A stretch of 52,473 bases of DNA from positions 1 to 52,473 of IMG/VR virus record IMGVR_UViG_3300045257_000172. The stretch is one strand, 5' to 3'. This stretch comes from a virus (Duplodnaviria > Caudoviricetes). A program made the translations under genes and the position numbers. The notes beneath the pieces were generated by a model. That model searched no databases and was not told the DNA's origin. It was given only the letters and a program-made list of their open reading frames with translations. This document shows, one piece after another, positions 10,238 to 19,637 of this stretch. Numbering within the stretch: the stretch's first letter is position 1; each line of letters starts with the position of its first letter.

Positions 10238-11035
10238 ATGAGTTTCACGCCTTTAACTGATGTTTTTGGAGAAAAACCCACCGTCCCACCGTGGAAGAAC
10301 ATCAGTTTAGCCCAGCAGCAGCTCGCGTCCCTGCAAGGGAATATCGCGGCAATGCCCGATATAACCAAGTTGGGGGATTTGTACCAGAGCTATCTGACCG
10401 ACCAGATGAACACCCTGCTCCCCGGGTACTCAGACTTGCTAAAGAGTGGAGCTGCAAGCGCACAGCAGGAGTTGGATTTGAGTAAATCGCTTCTGAGCGG
10501 ACAGATACCACAGGACGTCCAGGACCTAGTGCAGCGTAATTCGGCTTATGGGGCTATGCAGGGTGGGTTTGCTGGGAGCCAGATGAGCGGGAATTTGACC
10601 GCTAGGAACTTGGGGTTAACCAGCCTTGACCTGATGGGGCAAGGGGCAAATATGGCAGCCCAGGGTGGCAATGCGGCCCAGCGTTGGGCGGGTCTGGCCA
10701 GTAACCAGGTAATGAACCCTGGAGCGTTCTATACTAACCCCCAGCAGATGTTCCAGGACACCATGCAGAACCAGACGATGAAATGGAACAGGGATATGAT
10801 GGCGGCTAATGTGGCCGCAGCCCCAGACCCGGCAGCCAAGGGGATTAGTGATACCATTATTAACCTGATTGGAGCTTACTTAGGGAAAGGTGGCGGGGGT
10901 GGGGGTACTGCTGCCAATAGCTATGCACCTGCTACCGCAAGTGGGAGCATGAACTATAACTTTGGCGGGGACCAGCAAGACCCGTACAACTACGCTAATT
11001 ACGGTAGCCTCGGGCTAGGAGCAGGAGGTGCATAA
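10238..11035 (+). CDS. Internal virion (ejection/pilot) protein
   Basis: SD GAGGTG upstream. Gln/Ala/Gly/Met-rich helical sequence ('GGFAGSQM....TARNLGLTSLDL'). Confidence 0.6.
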   Translation: MSFTPLTDVFGEKPTVPPWKNISLAQQQLASLQGNIAAMPDITKLGDLYQSYLTDQMNTLLPGYSDLLKSGAASAQQELDLSKSLLSGQIPQDVQDLVQRNSAYGAMQGGFAGSQMSGNLTARNLGLTSLDLMGQGANMAAQGGNAAQRWAGLASNQVMNPGAFYTNPQQMFQDTMQNQTMKWNRDMMAANVAAAPDPAAKGISDTIINLIGAYLGKGGGGGGTAANSYAPATASGSMNYNFGGDQQDPYNYANYGSLGLGAGGA

Positions 11036-11949
11036 TGCCTGAGCTAGTTAAACCTGAGTTACCAGAGTTTTATAGCCCTGGGAGAGTGTTCCTGTCAGCC
11101 TTTGCTACCTACGCTGCCATCAATGCCAGAAGGACACAATTAGAGAACCAGCTTCAACATCTCCAGTTGCAGAACGAGGCTATGCAGTACCGGCAACAGC
11201 AGAACGAAGCTAGCTTTGGGTTGCGGCAACAGGCCATGGAAAATCAGTATAACCTTGGAATACAAAAGATTGGTATTGATAGGGATAGACTAGCAAATCA
11301 GACCGAGGCTACGATCCTACAACGTAGACAAGATGCGATAACCGATGGGCGAGTAACCGAGTTCCAGAGCAAGGCTGCCCAAATCTCGGATAAGATTGGT
11401 ACCCAAGGTTTTGATACTTCATGGAATATTTTGAAAAGCGAGTACTCAGACATCCTGGGTGAACCAGGGGCAGCATCGACCAAAGTATCAATCGACAGTA
11501 GGCATTCACGAGCAGTGGGCGAGTCGGTTAAAGCCAAGGTTAACTTACAAAAGGACTACAAAGATTCAGTAGGTGCGTTGGGGGTAAGTGACCCGAATAT
11601 GAAACCGGGGATGGTGGACTACTTCTTTAACAACCCGAACATCTGGTACACCAGGGGCGGTAAGGCAGCGATTGATTACGATTCCTCAGGGCGACCAGTG
11701 CCGGAAGGGGCCAAAACCAAGGCAGGATCATTTACCATTGGGAAGAATGATTATGATACGATGTTGGCCAAGCGCAAAGCAGCTTTCCCTTCAAGTCCAT
11801 CTGATACCCCTGCAATCCAAGCGTTACCCAACGGCATGAAATCGGGGACTACCGCAACATCGCAATACAAGGTTGGGGGGCAATACGGGAATTTGATTTA
11901 CAAAGGTGGGGACGTAAACGACCAAAACAGTTGGCAACCGGCTCAATGA
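11035..11949 (+). CDS. Internal virion protein
   Basis: SD AGGAGGTG and TAATG coupling. Gln-rich coiled coil with a C-terminal 'Y.GGD.NDQNSW' motif. Confidence 0.6.
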   Translation: MPELVKPELPEFYSPGRVFLSAFATYAAINARRTQLENQLQHLQLQNEAMQYRQQQNEASFGLRQQAMENQYNLGIQKIGIDRDRLANQTEATILQRRQDAITDGRVTEFQSKAAQISDKIGTQGFDTSWNILKSEYSDILGEPGAASTKVSIDSRHSRAVGESVKAKVNLQKDYKDSVGALGVSDPNMKPGMVDYFFNNPNIWYTRGGKAAIDYDSSGRPVPEGAKTKAGSFTIGKNDYDTMLAKRKAAFPSSPSDTPAIQALPNGMKSGTTATSQYKVGGQYGNLIYKGGDVNDQNSWQPAQ

Positions 11950-11950
11950 A

Positions 11951-13795
11951 ATGGCTGACTTTGTTCCGCCTCCGCCTGAAAGTTATGTGGATACCGGGTT
12001 CACCCCGCCACCGTTAGATAGCTTCGTCCCGCCTCATCCCAGCACCTACGTCCCATCTCCTACCCCCGAGACAGACAAAGCGGTAGCGGACACGCTCGCA
12101 GTTCCCGAAGGATCACCTGAGTACCAAGCCCGAATGCGGCACGACTTGGGGCAGGATGTTGTGTTGCCACCAGACATTGCTAACCGGCCTGATGTGGTGC
12201 CTGCCAGCACCCAGCAAGCGTACAGACAGGGTGGGATTCTAGGAGCAGCGTTTTACCCCCGTAAAGCCACTTCCCTGCTTGAAACAGCCTCGGGGCGGCA
12301 ACTGCCTGAAGCTAAATCAGCACCGGAACAGATTGCCAAGGGGCTAGCAACGTCCCCCTTAGCACTTGCAGATTTTATGACTACCCCAGAAGGGGTTGGA
12401 TACATCATGGCCGGGGCAACTGGACCTGCCATCCGTGCAGTCATTGCCGGTAAGTTCGGACTTGAAGGAGCCACTGGTACAATTAAGGCACTTCGGAGCG
12501 GGGATTACCACGGAGCAACTCAGTCTGCTTTGGTAACCTTGGGGTCAGCTTTAGGGCTAAAACACGATTTAGCCGCTAAACCCTCTGTAACCGCTCCTGA
12601 GGGCGAACCCGCTACCCTGACACCCCCGGAGCAACAAACGCAGCCACAGGCCCCTGTACAGCTCCCCAAGGGTGTTACAATAGGGGAACCTCAACGCCGA
12701 GGGCATCAGTTTGGCTTAAGTGCGGTTGATGAATCAGGGGAGATGGTTGGGAGACTTAGCTGGACTGAACAACAGGGGCGTCCCAAGGTAGAAATGGTCG
12801 ATGTCAAAACTGATATGCAACGGCAGGGAATAGGGTTAGCCCTGCTCAACAAACTTCAGGAACAGTACCCAGGAATAGAAATTATCCATGACCCGGTAAC
12901 GGCCAAGGGCAAGGGGTTGGTTGAGAAGTTCAAGACACAACAAGCAGGAGGTGATATTAATGCCCAGCAGCCAAGTGATGCACAAGTTCAAGCAGGGACA
13001 ACTCCACTCGGGGAGCAAGCACGGCCCCAGGGTGAAATCCCGGGCACAGGCAGTAGCGATAATGTTATCGGAGAAGCGGCAGGCACACAGCAAATCGTGG
13101 ATGAGCCAGCACCGCAAGAGGATGTAGCTACCGAACCTGCCGGAGTAAGTGGTGCAGAGACGCCACCTCCGGCAGAACCCCCTGTCAGTGGCGTATCGGC
13201 TGGAGCTTTTGAGCGGACCTACGGAGCGGGTGAGATACCTACTGGGCAGAGCATGTCCCCGGAAGATATATTCGCCCAAGGCAAAGCTGATCTTGCAGCC
13301 GGGGTTGACCCCTATTCATTCGCTGTCAGAGCAAGGACCGGGGATGTGTCCCCGCGGGAACTTGGGCAACTAGCCGCAGAGCACGACCGGCTAGTGACTG
13401 AAGCCGCAGGACGGGAAGGTACCCCAGGGTACGAAGAAGCCTACCAGCGAGCCAAAGATTTCGCCCAGAACATGCTTAAACCTGCCGGAACCAAATGGCA
13501 TCAGGTGGGCATGGGGTTACAGATTGAGGCTCCGGTTGATTTCTCTAACCTGACTGGGTTCAGAGCAGCACTAGAAAAACGTATGGGGCGAGACATGACC
13601 CCAGAGGAAGCACCAGCATTCCAGAAAGTGGCTAATGATGTGGCTAAGGCTAAAGGTGAAGCTCAGGCTGCTGGTCGAGAAGCAGCTAATGGAGTTCAGA
13701 AACGCTTTGCCAGGGTGAAGGATATAACTTTTGAGGATGCAGCAAAACAAATCCACGATGCAATCACGGAGGCAGCTAAACCCTGTAACCTATAA
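11951..13795 (+). CDS. Large internal virion protein with an embedded GNAT acetyltransferase domain
   Basis: Pro-rich N-terminus; 'V.MVDV..DMQRQGIGLALL' acetyl-CoA-binding motif (Q/RxxGxG) near 12790-12850. Confidence 0.65.
   Translation: MADFVPPPPESYVDTGFTPPPLDSFVPPHPSTYVPSPTPETDKAVADTLAVPEGSPEYQARMRHDLGQDVVLPPDIANRPDVVPASTQQAYRQGGILGAAFYPRKATSLLETASGRQLPEAKSAPEQIAKGLATSPLALADFMTTPEGVGYIMAGATGPAIRAVIAGKFGLEGATGTIKALRSGDYHGATQSALVTLGSALGLKHDLAAKPSVTAPEGEPATLTPPEQQTQPQAPVQLPKGVTIGEPQRRGHQFGLSAVDESGEMVGRLSWTEQQGRPKVEMVDVKTDMQRQGIGLALLNKLQEQYPGIEIIHDPVTAKGKGLVEKFKTQQAGGDINAQQPSDAQVQAGTTPLGEQARPQGEIPGTGSSDNVIGEAAGTQQIVDEPAPQEDVATEPAGVSGAETPPPAEPPVSGVSAGAFERTYGAGEIPTGQSMSPEDIFAQGKADLAAGVDPYSFAVRARTGDVSPRELGQLAAEHDRLVTEAAGREGTPGYEEAYQRAKDFAQNMLKPAGTKWHQVGMGLQIEAPVDFSNLTGFRAALEKRMGRDMTPEEAPAFQKVANDVAKAKGEAQAAGREAANGVQKRFARVKDITFEDAAKQIHDAITEAAKPCNL
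12960..13127 (+). CDS. Nested small basic protein, DUF6496-like (55 aa), in a different frame from its host gene
   Basis: SD AGGAGGTG (12946-12953) before ATG 12960. MPSSQVMHKFKQGQLHSGSKHGPRVKSRAQAVAIMLSEKR fits the recalled DUF6496 pattern VMHEFK.G.LHSG....VKSR.QA.AI.LSE. Confidence 0.7.
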   Translation: MPSSQVMHKFKQGQLHSGSKHGPRVKSRAQAVAIMLSEKRQAHSKSWMSQHRKRM

Positions 13796-15360
13796 TGGCA
13801 GCACCCTGCGGACACGAATACGAATCGGAAGCTCGTGATAAGATTGAGATTAACCCGATGGTAGCTAAAGCCTTCTGGAACGAAGCCAAGGCTCACTTTG
13901 ATACCGGGAAGGATTTCCAGGAGACAGTAAAAACCATGGCTGAGAAGAGCGGGCTACAGGAAGCTACCGTAGCCCGAGTACTCACCGCCGATAAACGACT
14001 CAAAGCTCTCACCAACGACATGTGGCTAAAGCGGGCAAAGTACGGTGATATCACCCGTGCAGCGCATCAGTTGGTAGATCAGGCTGATACCCCTAAATGG
14101 GCACAGAACGCCCGGGGGCTATGGGATGCCAGCCGAAGAATTGCCACCCTTGGGCATGGTGGGGTGTTCCCGTTTACCCACATGCGTAACTTGCCCCTAC
14201 GAGGGGTTGAGGAAGCTAAGATATTCGCGGAGACAGTTAAACGTGCCTATAGCTATGCTACACCTAAGGCAGGGAGAGCACGCTGGGCCGAAGACATGGC
14301 AACGATGCAGTTGGACCCTGAGTACGCCAATGCTCGTAGATTGGGGTTGGACATTGAACCTGGGTCTGAACCTGTAGGGATACTTTCAAGTGGAGCCAGG
14401 GGATGGGGGCGTAGGGGGTTTGATGCTCTTAAACCCTCCCGACTAGAACTATTCAAGCAGTGGTCCAAGGAGTTGCCTCAGGACATGCGGGACGAACAGA
14501 GCGGAAGGATGCTAGCACGGGAGATAAATTACGCTACCGGGTCAATCGGTAAAACCGGGGCAGGGTTTGCCCGGGTGACTAGCCCAGTGATGTTTGCGCC
14601 CAAACTATGGTTTGCTAAACGAATGGAGGCTTTCCAACCTCTGCGTTATCTGGCTAACGCTGGGAGACTGACAGCCGGGGAACGGATGGTAGCCAATAAA
14701 GCACTCAAAAGCTGGGCTAAGATTGCGGTAGCTACAGGTGGGGTGCTGGCTGCCAATGATGCTTTTAACAAGTACGTGTTGAAGAACGATAAACGAGTCA
14801 ACTTCACGGATTTCACTAAGCCTGGTACCCTGTGGAGGATGAACCTTGGGGGCATGATCGTTCCACTATCTCCCATGGCAGAAGTGATCCGCACCCCAGT
14901 AGCCTTCGTTGGAGCACTGATGGCCACAAAACGTGATCTGCGGGGTGAGGCACCGCTTACCAGTGCCGGGAGATTAGTACTGAAGGATTTCTTGAACGCT
15001 CTCCACCCGTCCATAACCGCTGGGGTAGAACTTATCTCGGGGCGTGAAGCATACGGTACCCCGGGGCATCTGCGGAGGCTGCCGTTCCCAGGGGTAGCAC
15101 AGATGGTACGGGGAGAGGAACCCGAGAAAGAGCCACCTTTAACACTTGGGGAATACGCAGCGGAGAAGGGACCAATCCCGCTGGCTGCTGGTACCCGGGA
15201 GTTCGTTCAGGCATTGCAGGATGAGGGGTTAAGTGCCACCGATGCCGATACGTGGGTAAAATCTCTACTCCATAGTGCTCTATCGGGCGGGGCTGGAATC
15301 CACACCTTTCAAGATTCATCTAAACCCAGCGGTATAAAACGTGTCCGACCTATCCACTAA
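13795..15360 (+). CDS. Internal virion protein (resembles the C-terminal part of large ejection proteins)
   Basis: TAATG-coupled; helical and basic; 'A..IN..TG' and 'FAP....R' motifs. Confidence 0.55.
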   Translation: MAAPCGHEYESEARDKIEINPMVAKAFWNEAKAHFDTGKDFQETVKTMAEKSGLQEATVARVLTADKRLKALTNDMWLKRAKYGDITRAAHQLVDQADTPKWAQNARGLWDASRRIATLGHGGVFPFTHMRNLPLRGVEEAKIFAETVKRAYSYATPKAGRARWAEDMATMQLDPEYANARRLGLDIEPGSEPVGILSSGARGWGRRGFDALKPSRLELFKQWSKELPQDMRDEQSGRMLAREINYATGSIGKTGAGFARVTSPVMFAPKLWFAKRMEAFQPLRYLANAGRLTAGERMVANKALKSWAKIAVATGGVLAANDAFNKYVLKNDKRVNFTDFTKPGTLWRMNLGGMIVPLSPMAEVIRTPVAFVGALMATKRDLRGEAPLTSAGRLVLKDFLNALHPSITAGVELISGREAYGTPGHLRRLPFPGVAQMVRGEEPEKEPPLTLGEYAAEKGPIPLAAGTREFVQALQDEGLSATDADTWVKSLLHSALSGGAGIHTFQDSSKPSGIKRVRPIH

Positions 15361-16648
15361 AACGTGCCTGTGCTACGACCACGGCCTGTTCACATCCTGG
15401 GCCCAGGTGTTAGCCAAAGGGTTTGGGAGGGTGCTCCTGTACGTGCCTTGGAAGAACGCTTTTCCTAAGTCCAATCTATTCTCGGTGGGGGAAGGGTTAC
15501 CCAATGTGGAGAAGGTTACCGATTGGGAGGATTATTTTGACGAGACAGACTGCTACTTCTTCCCCGATGTTTACGATGGGGGGTTACAGCTTTTATTACG
15601 GTCCTTAGGTAAACCAGTATGGGGAAGTGCCAAGGGAGAGGAACTGGAGTTGTTCAGATGGGAAACTAAGCACCTACTCAAGGAGCTTGGGCTTCCCGTG
15701 CAACCAGTTGAGAGGATTATCGGGTTGGATGCGTTGCGGGAACATCTGATGGAGGTGGATGACAAATTTGTCAAGATAAGTCGCTTGAGGGGGGATTGCG
15801 AGACCTTCCACCACTCTACCTACAAACTCACTGAACCACGCTTGGACGAGATGGAACATCGTTTGGGTGCACGTAAGCACACGAAGGAGTTTATTGTGGA
15901 GGACTCAATAGACGGGAGTGTTAAAGACATCGCTTACGATGGGTTTACGATTGATGGTGAGTATCCCAAACGGTGCCTGATGGGGATTGAACAAAAAGAC
16001 TTGGGATACGTCGGAATCGTCAAGCTGTACTCTGAGTTTCCCGCTCCGATCAGAGAAGTTAACACCAAGCTCGCTCCGATCCTAGCTCAGTACCAGTACC
16101 GCAACTTCATTTCCCCGGAGTTAATCATCGGAAAGAAAGGTGAACCCTACGTTATAGACCCCTGCGCACGCTGTGGGAGCCCGCCCAGCGAGTTGTACCA
16201 GCAAATGGCGGATAACTGGGCGGAAGTAATCTGGGCAGGGGCTCACGGGGAGTTAATTGAGCCAAAGTGGAATGCTAAATGGGGGGTACAAGCCATGATT
16301 CATTCACCTTGGGCTGACCAGAATGACCTTTCCCTCTATTTCCCCGATAAGATTGCTGAGTGGGTGAAACTACGGAACGTAGCCAAGGTTGAGGATCACT
16401 GGATGGTGATGCCCCAGAATGTGGGGTTACCCGAGGTTGGCGCAGTGGTGGCCACCGGCAACACCCTCATGGAAGCCATGAAGAAACTGGTGGAGTACTC
16501 CCGCCAAGTGGAGGGGTACCAAACCGAGGTGCAGTTAAAGGCCCTCCCTGATGTGATTGAGTCAATCGACCAAGCCCAACGCCATGGTATCAAATTTGAT
16601 ACAGCTCCGCTACCCACCGTCAGTCAGGTGGCTAACCTGATAGGGTGA
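15341..16648 (+). CDS. PurD (GAR synthetase)-like ATP-grasp ligase
   Basis: 'PVWGS...ELELFRW.TK.LL.ELGLP', FVK, 'FIVED.IDG', 'PYVIDPCARCGSPP' (ATP-grasp E/D-x-x-x-R-x-G-x-P region). GTG start overlaps the upstream gene. Confidence 0.75.
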   Translation: MSDLSTKTCLCYDHGLFTSWAQVLAKGFGRVLLYVPWKNAFPKSNLFSVGEGLPNVEKVTDWEDYFDETDCYFFPDVYDGGLQLLLRSLGKPVWGSAKGEELELFRWETKHLLKELGLPVQPVERIIGLDALREHLMEVDDKFVKISRLRGDCETFHHSTYKLTEPRLDEMEHRLGARKHTKEFIVEDSIDGSVKDIAYDGFTIDGEYPKRCLMGIEQKDLGYVGIVKLYSEFPAPIREVNTKLAPILAQYQYRNFISPELIIGKKGEPYVIDPCARCGSPPSELYQQMADNWAEVIWAGAHGELIEPKWNAKWGVQAMIHSPWADQNDLSLYFPDKIAEWVKLRNVAKVEDHWMVMPQNVGLPEVGAVVATGNTLMEAMKKLVEYSRQVEGYQTEVQLKALPDVIESIDQAQRHGIKFDTAPLPTVSQVANLIG

Positions 16649-16742
16649 GGGGCAACTGTAGTTGCAGCTTGGCGACGGGTCTAACATGCCATCGGTTCAA
16701 CCGAAGGCTTATTGTAAAACCCAGCACCACACCTCTTACAAG

Positions 16743-17138
16743 TTAAATTGGGCATACGTATTCGTTGTGCACATCCCAATTTAATCCCAGGGCGTGGCAT
16801 ACTGCCCTTTCGACATGAATTGCTGCGAGATGTTGTTTCCTGTACGGGGACCTCATATCGTCTCCACTCTCTGCTTCCAGCGAGTGTTTTCCATTAGCCC
16901 TTTCCTGCTCAAATTGCATGTCGAATCGGGTAACATCATCGTCATTAATGTCCATGTCCCGGCACATGTAGCACTCCACAAGTTCATGGATAGCCACGGC
17001 TAATTCTGATTCCCAACTCCCATCCAGATCCGATACCAACACCTCTACTGACCCATTGTTATTGACATGCCAATCTCCCGCGCCTTCCGCTCTAATGTGG
17101 GAGTGGGGTACAGTCTTAATATGGATGTCTAAACCCAC
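16743..17138 (-). CDS. Uncharacterised HExxE metalloprotein (zincin-like?)
   Basis: Motifs GDW, 'VAIHELVE', 'V..FD', 'E.GDD..SPY..QH..A...ER'. Confidence 0.6.
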   Translation of the reverse strand: MGLDIHIKTVPHSHIRAEGAGDWHVNNNGSVEVLVSDLDGSWESELAVAIHELVECYMCRDMDINDDDVTRFDMQFEQERANGKHSLEAESGDDMRSPYRKQHLAAIHVERAVCHALGLNWDVHNEYVCPI

Positions 17139-17180
17139 GGTAAAGTCCTATCAGGTTGCGGCCCATACGGTAAAAGAATC

Positions 17181-17705
17181 CTACGATTTTCGCCATGCGA
17201 TGAAAAGCCTGCTGTCCACCAAGCTAGCCCCCTTGGTCATTTCAACTGTGGTAGATTGGAACCCTTGGGGCAACACTCGCTCTAAGGCGGGTACCACATC
17301 CCGGGACAGCACATCCTCCACTATCCCTATCCCATCATCACGGAGCATTGGGAGATAGCTTTGGATGAAGTATTGTTGGTCGCTGGGCACGTGAGAGCCG
17401 TCATCAATCAGAATATCGTACGGTGGGTTGAACCTACTCAGGGTTTCATCCGAGTAAGCGTTCCCGATAATAAACCTGAACCCCTCGGGCTTAACTCCGT
17501 TGTCTACCAAGTCCACTGCTATCAGATCACCGTACGGGAAATACTCAGCCCATGTCCGCATGGAATTACCGAATTGTAGCCCCACCTCTAGCAACCGGAC
17601 CGGCTTGGTGCGCCATTTGTGGAACAGCAGGTCATACAACTCGCAATAGTGGTGGTTGGTAGCCTTATCGGTCTGGCACTTTATACCAATGGCGTGCAAG
17701 GTCAT
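17181..17705 (-). CDS. Class I SAM-dependent methyltransferase, MycE/TylE-like sugar O-methyltransferase type
   Basis: 'TDK...HHY...Y', 'LLEVG', 'ILIDDGSH', 'IVEDV'. The ATGA-coupled start at 17705 is preferred over the ORF-track start. Confidence 0.8.
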   Translation of the reverse strand: MTLHAIGIKCQTDKATNHHYCELYDLLFHKWRTKPVRLLEVGLQFGNSMRTWAEYFPYGDLIAVDLVDNGVKPEGFRFIIGNAYSDETLSRFNPPYDILIDDGSHVPSDQQYFIQSYLPMLRDDGIGIVEDVLSRDVVPALERVLPQGFQSTTVEMTKGASLVDSRLFIAWRKS

Positions 17706-18607
17706 AGGGATGCCTTGTAGTGCTCGTACACTGCCCGTATTCCCTCTTCCAGCCCAATCTTGGGCTCCCACCCCAGCCCCCGTATCTTAGACGAATCTAG
17801 GAGCTTCCTTGGCGTTCCGTTGGGCTTATCTGTGTCCCATTCAATCACCCCATGGTACCTTGCTGCGGTTGCTATCGCTTCAGACAGAACATGAGTTGTT
17901 ACTTCGGTACCGCTTCCAATGTTGATTGGTTCAGGGCTGGAGTACTTCTTCAAACACAGGAGGCAGGCTCTAGCCAAATCGTCTACATGGAGCCATTCAC
18001 GCAGGGCTAAACCGTTACCCCACAGATGCACCTTACCGCCTTCAACCTTTGCCTTATGAAACTTGGCTATCATGGCGGGGAGAGCGTGCCCGGTCTCAGG
18101 GTCAAAGTTATCGTTTGGGCCGTACAGGTTACATGGCATGACCGAGATAAAATCACACCCGTACTGTTGCCGGTAGGCTTGGCAGAGCTTTATCCCGGCA
18201 ATCTTGGCTACCGCATACCACTGGTTGGTGGGTTCCAGGGGGCCAGTAAGTAGATATTCTTCCTTGATTGGTTGTGGACAATCCCGGGGGTAAATACAGG
18301 AACTCCCCAGGAATAGGAGCTTTTGGGAGAAATCAGCCGCTGCTGAAATAACGTTGTTCTGGATACGCAGGTTCTCCAGCAGGAAATCTACCGGATATGC
18401 GCTGTTCGCCCCGATCCCCCCAACCTTGGCCGCAGCAAGCACTACTTGGTTAGGACGATAATAGTTGAAATAATCCCTAACCCTCAGTTCGTTAGTTAAA
18501 TCCAGTGCTGCCCGATCAACGGTCAGCACCGTGCAATCTTGCCCTTCTAATGCCCGGCAGATGGCGCTCCCCACCATCCCCTTGTGTCCGGCTACAAAGA
18601 TTTTCAT
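17702..18607 (-). CDS. fcl: GDP-L-fucose synthase (GDP-4-keto-6-deoxymannose epimerase/reductase)
   Basis: GHKGMVGSA, AAAKVGGI.AN..YP.DF, LGSSCIYP, YAVAK, MPCNLYGPNDNF, REWLHVDD, KPNGTPRK. Confidence 0.95.
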   Translation of the reverse strand: MKIFVAGHKGMVGSAICRALEGQDCTVLTVDRAALDLTNELRVRDYFNYYRPNQVVLAAAKVGGIGANSAYPVDFLLENLRIQNNVISAAADFSQKLLFLGSSCIYPRDCPQPIKEEYLLTGPLEPTNQWYAVAKIAGIKLCQAYRQQYGCDFISVMPCNLYGPNDNFDPETGHALPAMIAKFHKAKVEGGKVHLWGNGLALREWLHVDDLARACLLCLKKYSSPEPINIGSGTEVTTHVLSEAIATAARYHGVIEWDTDKPNGTPRKLLDSSKIRGLGWEPKIGLEEGIRAVYEHYKASL

Positions 18608-19110
18608 AGGTCAATTCCGTAGATGCCAGGGGCTAAACGTTCCAAGTCCCAAGGGGCTTTAGGATTAATATAGGTGAGGGCGAGGAGTGCTTCCCAGAAC
18701 TCTAGTGGTCTATTCCTAATCTGGTCAGAGGTGAGGCGGTACTGCGCTCCTTGGATAAACTCGTAGATAGACCGTTTCTTCAGCCCCAACACATCACACC
18801 AGGAGTGGAGATTGGTTTTCCACTGGATGTTCCCATCCCATGAGCATCCCAACTTGGTACCGTACCAGCGTACTTCGGGGTCGGAGAGGTGTTTCAGGAA
18901 CTCGTAATCATGGTCGAAGGGGTCGCCTTGGCACAGAACAAACTCATCAGGGAGATCGCGGTAATAGCTCACAATCCAATCAAGGTACGCAGCAGCATCG
19001 CGCCCGGGGCGGTCTGGGTTACGATCAATGAAGATTGCCCACTCGGGGTGGAGAGGGGCAGTCCAATCAGTGTTTTCGCCACCCCCGGCAGCTACTACCA
19101 AAGCCTTCAT
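18604..19110 (-). CDS. DUF3431-like putative glycosyltransferase
   Basis: 'GR.A.AYL..IV..Y.DLP...V..QGDPFDH', 'GAQY.L....IR.RP.EF', 'W.LER'. Confidence 0.7.
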   Translation of the reverse strand: MKALVVAAGGGENTDWTAPLHPEWAIFIDRNPDRPGRDAAAYLDWIVSYYRDLPDEFVLCQGDPFDHDYEFLKHLSDPEVRWYGTKLGCSWDGNIQWKTNLHSWCDVLGLKKRSIYEFIQGAQYRLTSDQIRNRPLEFWEALLALTYINPKAPWDLERLAPGIYGIDL

Positions 19111-19637
19111 GGCACAGTGACTTCGTAGAGGGTGTTGGTGATTCTGTCCGGCCCCTGAGGGAACTTAGTATCCAGGATGTCTTTAAGGAAAGGTTGATTA
19201 GGGTGGCCGTAATCATGCCGGGCAATTACTCCACCGGGTTCAAGGAGTTGTACCCCAAGGTCTACGTCAGACTGGTTTTCCTCTGGGACCGTGGACCCAT
19301 CCAGGAAGATAAACTGGAACTTCTGCCCTGCGTTTAGCAACCATCTCATAGCCGCCTTTGAGTAATCAGCCGTAATGGTCACCCTATCATCAACCCCAAA
19401 CGCTTCTAAGTTAGCCATCATGGTAGAGAAGGTATCCCCCAACCAAGTATCGTTCCTGTGTGAATCAATGGAGGTAACGTGAACAGCTCCAGCCAAAGCC
19501 ATGACGATTGCTGAATAGCCGTTTGCAGCGCCTACCTCAAGCACGGTACGGTCTTTAGCTAGTTCCCGTAGTCTTTGGGCTTCCACGGGTACAATCGCCG
19601 TGGCGAGGTTCAGAGTGCGCCAGGTGGGGACGATCAT
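19107..19637 (-). CDS. Class I SAM methyltransferase (Methyltransf_24-like)
   Basis: 'VLEVG...GYS', 'FIFLDG', 'LEPGGVI..HDY'. Confidence 0.85.
   Translation of the reverse strand: MIVPTWRTLNLATAIVPVEAQRLRELAKDRTVLEVGAANGYSAIVMALAGAVHVTSIDSHRNDTWLGDTFSTMMANLEAFGVDDRVTITADYSKAAMRWLLNAGQKFQFIFLDGSTVPEENQSDVDLGVQLLEPGGVIARHDYGHPNQPFLKDILDTKFPQGPDRITNTLYEVTVP

Noticed and set aside
15341-16648. Annotating the ATP-grasp gene as purD (auxiliary purine metabolism)
   Set aside because: It lacks the PurD GxGGREH motif and any purine-pathway context.
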